Below, piece by piece: positions 30,571-40,554 of a stretch of 64,000 nt of DNA. The stretch comes from Prochlorococcus sp. HOT208_60m_813I02. Its GTDB lineage: Bacteria > Cyanobacteriota > Cyanobacteriia > PCC-6307 > Cyanobiaceae. Below the pieces are notes generated by a model, which saw only the letters and a list, made by a program, of their open reading frames with translations, was not told the DNA's origin and ran no database searches. Positions within the stretch are counted from its first letter, which is position 1; each line of letters opens with the position of its first letter. The position numbers and the translations under genes are program-made. Location: NCBI GenBank assembly GCA_002025865.1, contig MWOR01000207.1:6106-70105 (forward strand), written 5' to 3'.

Positions 30571-33501
30571 TTATTTTGTCTCCATCCAATTGTCTCCAAT
30601 ACCAATATCAACTAAAAGAGGCACATTTAATTTTACACAGTCTTCCATAGTCTTCTTAACTAATTTCGTCGTAACTCCCAGAGAATCTGGTTCAACTTCA
30701 AACAATAATTCATCATGTACTTGTAAAAGCATTTTTGCTGGAACATTCATTTCCATAAATTTCTTATTTAGTTGAACCATTGCGATTTTAATAATGTCTG
30801 CACTCGAACCTTGTATAGGTGCATTGGCTGCGGCTCTTAATGATTGTGCTTCCATGCCAGCCCTTCTTGCAGATTGTAAGTCAATCTCGTAAGGATCTTT
30901 TCCTATTAATCTTCCAAGTCCATTTTTATCAAACTTAAATTCTCTCTTTCGACCAAAAATTGTTTTTACATAACCTTTTGATAAAGCAAGCCTTTCTTGG
31001 AGTTCAAGAAATTTGAAAATTTTTGCATATCTTTCTTTGTATTTTATTAGGAATTCTTTTGCCTCTGGAGTGCTTACTCCTGTAGAACGTGCAAACTTTT
31101 TTATCCCCATGCCATAAATAACTCCAAAATTTATGGTTTTCCCAACTCTCCTCTCATCAGAAGATATTTCTTCTTTCTCGAAAATTAATCTTGCAGTCAA
31201 AGAATGTATGTCATCATTTTTTTGAAATGCATTAATTAGTATTTCTTCTTCTGCTAAGTGTGCGAGTATTCTTAATTCAATCTGAGAATAATCAGCCGAT
31301 AAAAGTTTCCAATTTTTTTCAGGTAAGAATGCTTTTCTTATTCTCCTACTAAATTCAGTCCTAACTGGAATATTTTGGAGATTAGGATTACTACTGCTTA
31401 GTCTCCCAGTTGCTGTAGCAGCTTGATTAAAGTTTGTATGAACTCTTCCTGTCTTTTCATTAATAAGATTTGGAAGAGCATCGATATAGGTACTAAGTAA
31501 TTTGCTAAGAGTTCTATGTTTTATTAAATGTTGTATTATTTCATGTTCGTCGACTAAACGTTCTAGAACCACTGCATCTGTACTCCATCCTGTTTTTGTT
31601 TTCCGTGATTTCTTTTTATCCAAATTTAATTTTTCAAACAAGATTTCACCAAGTTGTTTTGGTGAGGATAGATTAAAATTTTCTTTTGCTAATTCATAAA
31701 CTTTACTTTCAATATCTTCTAAGGTAATTTTTAGTTCTTTTGAGAGTTTATCTAAATAAGGGATGTCTATGGTTATGCCATTCATTTCCATTTGAGACAA
31801 TACCGGCTCTAAAGGCAGCTCGATTTCTTCGAACAATTTGATTAATTCATCTTTTTCCTTTGAAAATCTTTCTTTAAAAATTTTGACAATTTTAAAAGTT
31901 AGAAACACATCATAACCACAGTAAATACTAGCTTCTTCAATATCAACATAAGAAAAGTCTTTATTTTTTCCAACTGTTTCCTTAAATGAAGGGGGCTTAA
32001 ATCCAAATAATCTAAAACTAATTTCACTTAACCCATGCTTCTCTTGATTATTTAGAAGGTAGTCTGCTAACAAGGTGTCAAAGGTTACGCCTTTAAGATC
32101 AAGTCCGTGATTAAAAAATATTTGCCTGTCAAATTTAGAATTTTGGAGTGACTTTTCTTTTTTTGGATCTTCTATCCAATTTCTAAGTTTTGAGAAAACA
32201 TCTTCAATTGATAATTGATTGGTAGTCTCTTTTTTTGATTGATGACCAAGGGGTATATAAAATAAATCATCAGTTTCTTCTCCAAGACATAATCCTATCC
32301 CGACAAGCTCTGCATCGATTGGATTTAAACTGTTGGTCTCTGTATCTAAAGAAACTATCTCATTGGTTTTGTCTAATCTTTGAATTAATTCATCAAGTAA
32401 TTCGTAATCATTTACAACGGTTACGTTGATTTTAGGAATTTTATTTTCAATATTTTCTAATTCATTTTTACTGGAGACTTTTGGTGTTTTCTCCTCCTCT
32501 TTAGCAACATTGTTTTTGGCAAAACCACCTTTGCTGAAAGTTGAATTGAAAATATCAATTTGCCGAAGTAGTGTTGATAATTCCAATTTTTGCAATGATT
32601 CTGAAAGTAGTTCTTGATTTATATTTTTTAATTCATAACCGTTACTTAAAATTAAAGGCACCTCAGTATTTATTTTTGCTAAATCTCTGGAAAGAAAAGC
32701 ATTATGTTTATCATTTTTGAGCTTTTCTATAACTGAACCTTTTATAAAACCTTTATATTTTTTATCATTGTTCTGCTGAATATTGTCCAAAGCCTTATAG
32801 ATTCCATCAAGGGTGTCGTTTTCTTTTAAAAGATTAATTGCAGTTTTTGGACCTACCCCTTTAATTCCAGGAATATTATCAGAACTATCACCAGTAAGTG
32901 CTTTAAGATCAACTACTCTTTCTGGAGCAACACCTAATTTTTCTCTAACTCCATTTTCATTCATGAGAGTTGGATTACCACTTTTCGCATATGGACCACC
33001 ACCCATATAAAGGACATAAATATCCTTTTGATCATCTACTAATTGAAATAAGTCACGATCACCAGAAAGAATATTTACACACCATCCTTTTGAAGATGCA
33101 TCATTTGCAATGGTTCCTAAAAGATCATCTGCTTCATAACCTGGAGATTTGAAAATTGGTAAATTAAGACTTTCCTCTAAGATGATCTCTAGTTGTTCAA
33201 TATCCTGAAAAAAAACATCTGGTGCCACATCTCTATTAGCCTTGTAATTTGGATCTAATTCATGCCTGAAAGTTGGTTTTTCAGTATCAAAAGTAATGCA
33301 AACTCCCTCAGGACTAATATTTTTGCAATTATCCAGAAGACTTTTTAGAAAACCATAGGTGACACTTGTTGGATATCCCTCTTTAGTAGTTAGACCACCA
33401 TCAATACCTTTGCTAAATGCATAGAAGCTTCTAAAAGCAAGTGAATGGCCATCGACTAAAAGTAAAATAGGTTTTTTAGAGTTTTCAGATTTCAAACTCA
33501 T
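30571..33501 (-). CDS. polA: DNA polymerase I
   Basis: 5'-3' exonuclease (LVDGHSLAFR, GDSSDNIPG), DYSQIELR, QVHDEL. Confidence 0.98.
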   Translation of the reverse strand: MSLKSENSKKPILLLVDGHSLAFRSFYAFSKGIDGGLTTKEGYPTSVTYGFLKSLLDNCKNISPEGVCITFDTEKPTFRHELDPNYKANRDVAPDVFFQDIEQLEIILEESLNLPIFKSPGYEADDLLGTIANDASSKGWCVNILSGDRDLFQLVDDQKDIYVLYMGGGPYAKSGNPTLMNENGVREKLGVAPERVVDLKALTGDSSDNIPGIKGVGPKTAINLLKENDTLDGIYKALDNIQQNNDKKYKGFIKGSVIEKLKNDKHNAFLSRDLAKINTEVPLILSNGYELKNINQELLSESLQKLELSTLLRQIDIFNSTFSKGGFAKNNVAKEEEKTPKVSSKNELENIENKIPKINVTVVNDYELLDELIQRLDKTNEIVSLDTETNSLNPIDAELVGIGLCLGEETDDLFYIPLGHQSKKETTNQLSIEDVFSKLRNWIEDPKKEKSLQNSKFDRQIFFNHGLDLKGVTFDTLLADYLLNNQEKHGLSEISFRLFGFKPPSFKETVGKNKDFSYVDIEEASIYCGYDVFLTFKIVKIFKERFSKEKDELIKLFEEIELPLEPVLSQMEMNGITIDIPYLDKLSKELKITLEDIESKVYELAKENFNLSSPKQLGEILFEKLNLDKKKSRKTKTGWSTDAVVLERLVDEHEIIQHLIKHRTLSKLLSTYIDALPNLINEKTGRVHTNFNQAATATGRLSSSNPNLQNIPVRTEFSRRIRKAFLPEKNWKLLSADYSQIELRILAHLAEEEILINAFQKNDDIHSLTARLIFEKEEISSDERRVGKTINFGVIYGMGIKKFARSTGVSTPEAKEFLIKYKERYAKIFKFLELQERLALSKGYVKTIFGRKREFKFDKNGLGRLIGKDPYEIDLQSARRAGMEAQSLRAAANAPIQGSSADIIKIAMVQLNKKFMEMNVPAKMLLQVHDELLFEVEPDSLGVTTKLVKKTMEDCVKLNVPLLVDIGIGDNWMETK

Positions 33502-34559
33502 TTTCTCTTCTTAGCCCAAGGTGGAATATCAATAAAGATTTGTTCTCCAGGTTCTAATCCATCAATAACTGAAGTTTTATTTCCACTACTGATACCAATT
33601 TGAATTTTTTCAAATTTTGGCGAGTTGTTTTTATCTACTTTCAAAATTCCCTTTTCACCTTTTTCAGTGACAATAGAAACTGTTGGTACTAGAATTTTTT
33701 CTTCATTACCCTTGACTCTAAATTCAAGATCAGCAGTCATTCCAATTTTAATTTCATCAGAAACATCTTTAAAATTTAAAGTTACTTCGAATGAGGTTAC
33801 ATTATTATCTTTTACAGCTCTTGTAGCTATTTTTTTTACTATGGCACTATATTTTTTTGAGGGATAAGCCTCAACTCTTACTGAGGCTTCTTGACCTGTT
33901 TTTATTCTACCAATGTCACTTTCTGGAACTTTAGCAACAATTTCCAGACCCTCTGATAGTTCAAAAATAAAGTTTTTGGTTTTAGGGTCTGAACTTAAGT
34001 TTGTACTTGGAGTAACATAAGATCCTATTTCTGCATATTTGGCAGTTATCTTCCCTTCATAGGGCGCTTTAATTAGATAAAAACTTTTTTCAGCTTTTGC
34101 ATCATTAAGTTTCGCATTACTTACGTTGTAATTATTTTTATAACTTTCATAATCTTCTTTGCTAACTGCACCTTCTTGATATAAAAATTCCCTTCTTAAA
34201 AATTCAGATTTTTGTTTGTCTGCATTTAATTCAAGTTCTTTAATTTTATATATGAAGTCAGCATCATCAAGAGAAGCTAAAACCTGATCTTTTTTTACAA
34301 GATCGCCCTCATCTACTTTGATTTCTTTTATTACGCCTTGCTTCCGAGGCCCAATATTGCTTGTCCTTAATGCTTTTACTTCACCACTTGTATTAATTGA
34401 ATCTGAGAGGATTCCTTTTTCAACTTGAACTACAAAATTAGAAATATCTCTTGACTTATTTTTTTTGAAGGAATTGGTTAAAAAAACGAAAATTATAGTT
34501 AAAGAAAGTAATATGATTCCACTTCTTAAATTTATATTTTTTTTTATTAGATCAAGCAT
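33498..34559 (-). CDS. Efflux RND/ABC periplasmic adaptor (HlyD/MacA-like)
   Basis: N-terminal TM, V.EGD.VKK.QVLA lipoyl-like motif, IKAPYEG, VPESDIG. Confidence 0.88.
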   Translation of the reverse strand: MLDLIKKNINLRSGIILLSLTIIFVFLTNSFKKNKSRDISNFVVQVEKGILSDSINTSGEVKALRTSNIGPRKQGVIKEIKVDEGDLVKKDQVLASLDDADFIYKIKELELNADKQKSEFLRREFLYQEGAVSKEDYESYKNNYNVSNAKLNDAKAEKSFYLIKAPYEGKITAKYAEIGSYVTPSTNLSSDPKTKNFIFELSEGLEIVAKVPESDIGRIKTGQEASVRVEAYPSKKYSAIVKKIATRAVKDNNVTSFEVTLNFKDVSDEIKIGMTADLEFRVKGNEEKILVPTVSIVTEKGEKGILKVDKNNSPKFEKIQIGISSGNKTSVIDGLEPGEQIFIDIPPWAKKRK

Positions 34560-34702
34560 TTCTTTTGAAAAAAGGCAGTAGAGAATATTTAGGAACTAAA
34601 TAAATAATCAAGTCGATTATAATTAACTTATCCAAGATTGGTTAAGTAAATACTATATTACTAGAAGATGTTTTCTTGATAATTTTTCCATAAATTTTTC
34701 AA

Positions 34703-35794
34703 ATGTTAAAAGCCGGTATTGTTGGACTGCCAAATGTTGGGAAATCAACCCTATTTAATGCACTTGTAGAAAACGCCAAAGCACAAGCTGCAAATTTCCC
34801 GTTTTGTACAATTGAACCTAATAAAGGTATAGTTTCCGTCCCAGATCAAAGGTTAAAAGAGTTAGGTGATTTAAGTTCTAGCCAAAATATTATCCCAACA
34901 AAAATTGAATTTGTAGATATCGCAGGACTAGTAAAAGGAGCCAGTAAAGGCGAGGGTTTGGGAAATAAATTTTTATCAAATATTAGGGAGGTTGATGCAA
35001 TTGTTCACGTTGTGAGGTGCTTTGAAGATAGTGATGTAATTCATGTTTCCGGTAAGGTAGATCCCTTGGATGACATTGAGATAATTAATCTGGAGTTGAA
35101 TTTAGCTGATTTATCCCAACTCCAAAAAAGAAGAGAAAGAATTAAAAAACAGGTTAGAACTAGTAAAGAGGTAGCAAAAGAATATAATTTACTAGAAAAA
35201 ATTGAAGAAGAATTAGAGAAAGGAATTTCAGTAAGATCAATAGCTCTTAGCGAAGAGGAAAATTTAATAATTAAGCAATTAGGCTTCCTTACAGCAAAAC
35301 CAATTATTTATGCAACAAATTTAAATGAAAATGATTTAGCTGAAGGGAATGATTTCTCATCAAAAGTTCAGAGTTTTGCAAGCAATGAAAATACAGAATG
35401 TATAAAGATATCAGCGCAAGTAGAATCAGAATTAATAGAATTAGAACCCGAAGATAAAAAAGACTATCTTATGGGTTTGGGAGTAGAAGAAGGAGGGTTA
35501 AGTTCCTTAATTCGATCAACATATAAATTATTGGGATTAAAAACTTATTTCACTACAGGAGAAAAGGAGACAAAAGCATGGACAATAAAAGATGGGATGA
35601 CTGCGCCACAGGCAGCAGGAGTAATTCATACTGATTTTGAAAAAGGATTTATAAGAGCTCAGACCATTTCATATCAAAATTTAATTGATTCAGGTTCAAT
35701 CGCAAACGCAAAAACAAAAGGTTTACTTAGAAGTGAAGGTAAGGAATATGTTGTAAATGAGGGGGATGTAATGGAATTTTTATTTAATGTATGA
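34703..35794 (+). CDS. ychF: Redox-regulated ATPase YchF
   Basis: GIVGLPNVGKST, ANFPFCTIEPN, DIAGLVKGAS, HTDFEKGFI; last core gene before the island. Confidence 0.97.
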   Translation: MLKAGIVGLPNVGKSTLFNALVENAKAQAANFPFCTIEPNKGIVSVPDQRLKELGDLSSSQNIIPTKIEFVDIAGLVKGASKGEGLGNKFLSNIREVDAIVHVVRCFEDSDVIHVSGKVDPLDDIEIINLELNLADLSQLQKRRERIKKQVRTSKEVAKEYNLLEKIEEELEKGISVRSIALSEEENLIIKQLGFLTAKPIIYATNLNENDLAEGNDFSSKVQSFASNENTECIKISAQVESELIELEPEDKKDYLMGLGVEEGGLSSLIRSTYKLLGLKTYFTTGEKETKAWTIKDGMTAPQAAGVIHTDFEKGFIRAQTISYQNLIDSGSIANAKTKGLLRSEGKEYVVNEGDVMEFLFNV

Positions 35795-35931
35795 GGGTAC
35801 AGTTTTAGAGATAGGTTTAATTTGAAAAAGCTCCAAGGGTTAAATAATTTTGTAAATAATAATTAAATAAGCAATCCATCAACAAACTTCTAAAAAAAAA
35901 TAACTAAATAGGAATATCTAAATGTAGAGAT

Positions 35932-36210
35932 TTAAATAATGTCGGTAATAATACTTTCATTTCCTTGAGCAGTTAAATATTCACTCATCTGTTCTTCACT
36001 TTGATAATTTGCATATCTTATATTTCCATCATCATGCATTAATACTCTTAAATAAGAAGTGCAATCATTCATTTTCCAATACACTTCACTCACCCCATCA
36101 CTATCGCAATCACCAGAATGTTTTGCACTTAAGTTATCTATATCTAAATCATTCTGAAACCTTACCTGACTGTTAAGTGCTAAACGATCAATAGTTTCTC
36201 CATTAAGCAA
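35932..36210 (-). pseudogene. Remnant C-terminal domain of a large secreted Prochlorococcus protein
   Basis: RFQNDL.IDNL..D.DSDG..EVYWK..LR.LMH.DGNIRYANYQSE resembles a terminal domain of long island surface proteins (from recall); only a TTG start and no upstream domains. Confidence 0.5.
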
Positions 36211-36332
36211 TAATTTAAAATCCTAATTAATATTAACTTTTTCAGTAAAAATACTCAATAATATCTTCTTCGATGTTATTTTTCTTGACTTCAGTTGACC
36301 ACTGAAATGTGTATTTTTTTGATGAGTGTGTT

Positions 36333-37052
36333 TTATATTTTGAATTCTTTCATCAATAAATTCCAACCTATTAGTGATGCTCTTTTATCAAAGGATTCTC
36401 TTTCTTCGCACATAAAGCCATGATCAGCTCCTTCAATTTCAACATAGCTAAATTTTTCTTCTAAAGGATCTAATTTTTTAAACCTTTTTTTAATTTCTAA
36501 TCGATCTTTCAAAGGAATTAAATCATCTGAAGAACCGCAAATAAAATTTAATTTTCCAGAAACTTTTTCAAGTAAATCTATAGGGGCAAAATTAGTATCG
36601 GCTCTTGGCGCTGTAACCCCGGCTCCATAAAAGCAAAATGAACTTTCTATTCCTTTCAATGAAGAAGCAATAAGTGCTGCATGACCCCCAAAACAAAATC
36701 CAATAATAGAAATTTTCTTTTTTGGATATTTTTCTTTAACCCAATTAATAGCTGAAGAAACATCTTCAATAATATTTTTAAAACTTGTTAAGTTTTTATG
36801 ATGTCTGCCTAATTTCAAGTCTTCTTCACTATAAGCCAAGTCCAAGATTGGAGCTGTTCTGCCGTAGAGAGGTAAGGCTAATACGGATATATTTTGTTCC
36901 GCTAATTTTTCAGAAAAATTTCTTATCCAATGATTTATACCAAATACTTCTGGTAAAACTATGGATGCATATTCACATTCATTACCTAAATCTACCCACC
37001 ACGATCTAAGAGGTAAATCCCCATTATAAATATTTATCCATTTGCCTTTCAT
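36333..37052 (-). CDS. Dienelactone hydrolase family protein
   Basis: PEVFG, GFCFGG nucleophile, ADHGF. Confidence 0.9.
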   Translation of the reverse strand: MKGKWINIYNGDLPLRSWWVDLGNECEYASIVLPEVFGINHWIRNFSEKLAEQNISVLALPLYGRTAPILDLAYSEEDLKLGRHHKNLTSFKNIIEDVSSAINWVKEKYPKKKISIIGFCFGGHAALIASSLKGIESSFCFYGAGVTAPRADTNFAPIDLLEKVSGKLNFICGSSDDLIPLKDRLEIKKRFKKLDPLEEKFSYVEIEGADHGFMCEERESFDKRASLIGWNLLMKEFKI

Positions 37053-37124
37053 AAATTTAAAAATTTTCAACAATAAAAGAATAACTATTTCATAAGAAAT
37101 TACATCCTCTTAAATATTAGTTTT

Positions 37125-37508
37125 CTATTCCCAAGTTGTCATATCAGTAGTCCCCTGCGATCTTTGCATCCAAGAATATTTCCAAATACCATTTATATTT
37201 TTAAAAATGCAAGTATAAGTTGAAAGGTCTTTATTTTGATTGCCTTTATAACTAAAGACTTCATTTAAAGTGAAAACCGCGTAAGCAAAATCATCACATA
37301 TTTCAATTTTGTGGGTTTTGATTAATTCTGATGATTCTGCGACCAAGTCTTTACTATCAAACATTCCAACCAATCCCTTAGCAGAGATAGGATTTCCACT
37401 TGGTCTTACAGCTAAAAAATCCTCAGTTACGTTTGGTAATAGAAAAGAAGAATCTTTACTGGTTGCATAACCATTAATTAAATCTTCTATGGCTTTAATA
37501 TTAGACAT
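37125..37508 (-). CDS. DUF3804 / SnoaL-like (NTF2 fold) protein
   Basis: FLAVRPSGNPI, F.YKG.QNKD, WMQRS. Confidence 0.75.
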   Translation of the reverse strand: MSNIKAIEDLINGYATSKDSSFLLPNVTEDFLAVRPSGNPISAKGLVGMFDSKDLVAESSELIKTHKIEICDDFAYAVFTLNEVFSYKGNQNKDLSTYTCIFKNINGIWKYSWMQRSQGTTDMTTWE

Positions 37509-37681
37509 GAAAAAAAGATAGATTTGTTTCTCTAATTTAGATCAACTTTCAATCTCTTGCCTAATCATTGTCCTTTTAGTTTAACTTTGGCCTGACTAAT
37601 GATCATGGGTTCAAATTTGTTAATAACTTGGTAGGATGACTAATTTTTTTATATTTTCACAAGACTGAGGACCTTTCGAAA

Positions 37682-37840
37682 CTAAGAGTTACTATTTTGT
37701 TTTTTAAATTTAAACTCAAGAAATGAAATTAATAAAATTAAGATACATCCTAGGCAGCTGCCCATTAACCCAAAAAAAATTATAGAAAAGCCATCGTCAT
37801 AGCCATATTGAATTTGTGGGAAGTGGGGAGGTATTGGCAT
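37682..37840 (-). CDS. 52-aa single-TM microprotein, not in the ORF track
   Basis: MPIPPHFPQIQYGYDDGFSIIFFGLMGSCLGCILILLISFLEFKFKKQNSNS*; starts 2 nt after the preceding ORF's stop. Confidence 0.5.
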   Translation of the reverse strand: MPIPPHFPQIQYGYDDGFSIIFFGLMGSCLGCILILLISFLEFKFKKQNSNS

Positions 37841-37842
37841 TT

Positions 37843-37986
37843 TTATTTTTCAACAGAGTTTTCAATATCTTCTAATAAATGTTTAGTTGATCTACTAAAA
37901 CCATTTGCCTTTAAATAATTTTGAGCCTCTCTAAATTTTTCAGCTACTCTCTTTGCATAAGGAGTATTCATAGAAGTTTGGGTCAT
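37843..37986 (-). CDS. Small hypothetical protein (47 aa)
   Basis: Likely start MTQTSMNTPYAK within the track ORF. Confidence 0.55.
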   Translation of the reverse strand: MTQTSMNTPYAKRVAEKFREAQNYLKANGFSRSTKHLLEDIENSVEK

Positions 37987-38140
37987 ATGAAAATTGCGAC
38001 TAAAACCATATTCAGATTTAAATATACCCTTGATAAGTATTAAAAAATACAAGAATATAAAAATAGGATTTTTTACTTACTAAAAAAATTTATTTTAAAA
38101 AGTTTTGATTTCTCAAAATAAAGTTTTCTAATTAGGGATA

Positions 38141-38446
38141 TTGAAAATGACAAATATATTGTTAATTCTTATTTTGCCAATTGTTTTTTTTGTATTTTTA
38201 TTTCCCATATTTTTTTATTCAAAACGAAACAAAAAGTCAGCCAAAAAAACTAAAATTAGTGCACCTTATGTAACTTTTTTAAAAGAACAAGTATTTAATC
38301 CAGATATAAGTACAGATAATTGGGAAATACACAAACTTAGATTAGAACAATTTAGAAGATCACAATATAAGGGTTTAACTTTCTTTGTGAGTTCAGAAAA
38401 TAGAATTTACTATCTTTCTGAAGAAGGGGATAAAGTTTATTGCTAA
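38141..38446 (+). CDS. Hypothetical protein with N-terminal TM helix
   Basis: ORF track; hydrophobic N-terminus. Confidence 0.65.
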   Translation: MKMTNILLILILPIVFFVFLFPIFFYSKRNKKSAKKTKISAPYVTFLKEQVFNPDISTDNWEIHKLRLEQFRRSQYKGLTFFVSSENRIYYLSEEGDKVYC

Positions 38447-38500
38447 CAGCAGAAATTAATTTTATAAATAGGAAAAGCCGATAGAAATTAATAATATTAA

Positions 38501-38752
38501 ATGAAGTATTTATTTTTATTATCAGAAAAGTTTTACAGGGTTATCGAATGGGAGTGGAATACCTTAAAAAATCTAAGAAGAACAAAAAGAAAGAATTTTT
38601 TTCTAAGAGGATCATTTGCTTTATTTAGTTTATTCTCTATTCTTTTTTTAATATTTTTGCCTCCTGTTGCTTTTGGACTGTTATTTGGAGAGGGATTAAA
38701 ATTTAGTATTTTTTTTATTTGGATATGGATTTTAAATTTAAAGTTTTTTTGA
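38501..38752 (+). CDS. Hypothetical membrane protein
   Basis: ORF track. Confidence 0.5.
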   Translation: MKYLFLLSEKFYRVIEWEWNTLKNLRRTKRKNFFLRGSFALFSLFSILFLIFLPPVAFGLLFGEGLKFSIFFIWIWILNLKFF

Positions 38753-38810
38753 AAAAATATTATTATTTTCCCGAGATTATTTAAAATTAAGAATATAAAA
38801 AATTTACCTT

Positions 38811-39026
38811 ATGCCAAAAATATTCAAACAAAATAAGTTTGCTTTGTTGGGAGCTAATATATTAATAATTTTACTCTGGGTAAATTTATCTTCTTTTTTG
38901 ATAAATTTATTTAAAAGTGAAAGTGCCCCATTTTATATATATAAAATTTCCTTTTTAATCAGATTCCTACCTCCAATTTGGGTTACATGGTTCTTATGGA
39001 TAAAAAGAGGTGGTTTTAAAAGATAA
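38811..39026 (+). CDS. Hypothetical membrane protein
   Basis: ORF track; two hydrophobic segments. Confidence 0.55.
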   Translation: MPKIFKQNKFALLGANILIILLWVNLSSFLINLFKSESAPFYIYKISFLIRFLPPIWVTWFLWIKRGGFKR

Positions 39027-39177
39027 CAAACAAAAGTATTTTTGCGTATTTACTATAAAAATAATTCATTTAAAATCTAGGGGGCTTACTTGAAATTTTC
39101 ATGTGAGAATTAGGTAATTGAGAGATTGTTTTTAGCTTAGAAACAATCTCTTTTTTTTTACAAATATTTTTTCTCAT

Positions 39178-39216
39178 AAAAAAAGTGCTTGTCAGTATCC
39201 CTAGTGACAAACACTC
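39178..39216 (-). terminator. Terminator of the hli operon
   Basis: Minus strand AGTGTTTGTCA-loop-TGACAAGCACT followed by a T tract. Confidence 0.6.
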
Positions 39217-39240
39217 ATGACGATCAAATTTTCTAAAAAA

Positions 39241-39420
39241 TTAAACGGGCAATCTACTATCAATTTCCACTACTCCAGAATCCATAAGACGGCCGATTTT
39301 AATAACTAAAGCCATATCTAGCCTTGAAAACTCAGATTGATGGTTAGTTATCCAATCAAGTTCAGAAAGAGTTATAACTCCCAAAGTATTTACTTTGAGA
39401 AAAAGTAAGCCTAAATTCAT
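39241..39420 (-). CDS. 59-aa hypothetical protein, last gene of the hli operon, not in the ORF track
   Basis: MNLGLLFLKVNTLGVITLSELDWITNHQSEFSRLDMALVIKIGRLMDSGVVEIDSRLPV*; starts 1 nt after the hli stop. Confidence 0.7.
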   Translation of the reverse strand: MNLGLLFLKVNTLGVITLSELDWITNHQSEFSRLDMALVIKIGRLMDSGVVEIDSRLPV

Positions 39421-39421
39421 T

Positions 39422-39550
39422 TTAAAAAATTCCTGGGATTATCCAGCCGAATAAGCCATAATTTACAACTAATGCAAATAAGCCCATCATTGCCATTCTT
39501 CCATTAGTTCTTTCGGCGTTTTGCCAATAAGTTGTTTTTGAATTTTCCAT
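39422..39550 (-). CDS. hli: High-light inducible protein (42 aa), not in the ORF track
   Basis: MENSKTTYWQNAERTNGRMAMMGLFALVVNYGLFGWIIPGIF*. Confidence 0.92.
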   Translation of the reverse strand: MENSKTTYWQNAERTNGRMAMMGLFALVVNYGLFGWIIPGIF

Positions 39551-39585
39551 TTTTCTGATTTGTTGAGTTGTTAAATAGTAGGTTT

Positions 39586-39846
39586 TTATACGAAACCAGG
39601 AATTATTTGACCTGTTGTTAGGTATGCTCCAACAGCAGCAATTAATCCAAGCATTGCGAATCTGCCGTTAAGAGTTTCAGCAACAACTTTTTCTTTTTCG
39701 ATTGTTTTGACTTTTGTGTTTGTGTTTTTCATTTGATTAGAAGATGAATAGTTTAAATTTTCGTTTTGAAATTGCTTGGTTAAATAAGCAACGAGGATGG
39801 CTGTAAAGAATACAATTACGGCTAAAAAACCTGAAAGTGGACTCAT
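39586..39846 (-). CDS. hli: High-light inducible protein with N-terminal extension
   Basis: AETLNGRFAMLG...TGQIIPG; start MSPLSG overlaps the upstream hli stop (alternative start MKNTNT). Confidence 0.9.
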   Translation of the reverse strand: MSPLSGFLAVIVFFTAILVAYLTKQFQNENLNYSSSNQMKNTNTKVKTIEKEKVVAETLNGRFAMLGLIAAVGAYLTTGQIIPGFV

Positions 39847-40052
39847 TAAAAAATGCCAGGAATAATTTGTCCAGTTGAAACGTAAGCACCTACTAATGCA
39901 ACAAGGCCAATCATTGCCCAACGACCATTAATTTTTTCTGCATTTTGTGGGTAGCTGTCGTATGAAACAGACTCATCTATGTAAGGACGTGTTTCCGTAG
40001 GAAACATGTTCTGTCTGCCGCCTGATTCTGTAGTAACGTTTGAATTAGCCAT
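39846..40052 (-). CDS. hli: High-light inducible protein
   Basis: AEKINGRWAMIG...TGQIIPGIF. Confidence 0.93.
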   Translation of the reverse strand: MANSNVTTESGGRQNMFPTETRPYIDESVSYDSYPQNAEKINGRWAMIGLVALVGAYVSTGQIIPGIF

Positions 40053-40065
40053 TGAAGTTGTGTAA

Positions 40066-40103
40066 TTGTTAACTAATGTAACACTACTATTAATAAATGT
40101 AAA
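40066..40103 (-). promoter_or_regulatory. HLR1-like (RpaB) repeats upstream of the hli operon
   Basis: Minus strand TTTACATT and GTTACATT-AG-TTAACAA resemble (G/T)TTACA(T/A)(T/A) direct repeats. Confidence 0.45.
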
Positions 40104-40352
40104 GTATTAAGCTGAAATTAAGTTATTTTAAAGATATTTACTGCTTAAATGTAACATAAACGTGACATATCTTTTAAATAGTTGTTCTTTAGGCTTGCTA
40201 CGCTTTACAGATTGGCTCGCAAACTATTAAGAGTTCAATTCGTTGTTTAAGTATTTTTTAAATCTTTAAAAAGATATCAATTTGGTAGAAAAAACTACAA
40301 CATTCTGAAATTTGAATAATTAGTTTTTAAATATAATTTATTTCACTTTATT

Positions 40353-40481
40353 ATGGAATTCGCAAAAAAAATCATGACCGAAAAAGCTGAAAAGCTTAAT
40401 GGAAAAGCCGCAATGCTTGGAATGTTTGCTCTTGTAGGAGCTTATTATTTTACTGGTCAAATTATTCCAGGTGTTTTCTAG
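40353..40481 (+). CDS. hli: High-light inducible protein (divergent copy), not in the ORF track
   Basis: MEFAKKIMTEKAEKLNGKAAMLGMFALVGAYYFTGQIIPGVF* (alternative start 40374). Confidence 0.88.
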   Translation: MEFAKKIMTEKAEKLNGKAAMLGMFALVGAYYFTGQIIPGVF

Positions 40482-40554
40482 TAAAAATCCTTTTTAGATT
40501 TTTTTTCAGGGCTTTATCAAGCCCTTTTTTACTGGATGATTAATTATTCCCTTT

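Noticed and set aside
1381-33867. Short antisense or out-of-frame track ORFs inside core genes (e.g. 1381, 2963, 5881, 12135, 15981, 21772, 25108, 30590, 33625)
   Set aside because: They overlap well-supported genes and have no recognisable motifs; shadow ORFs.
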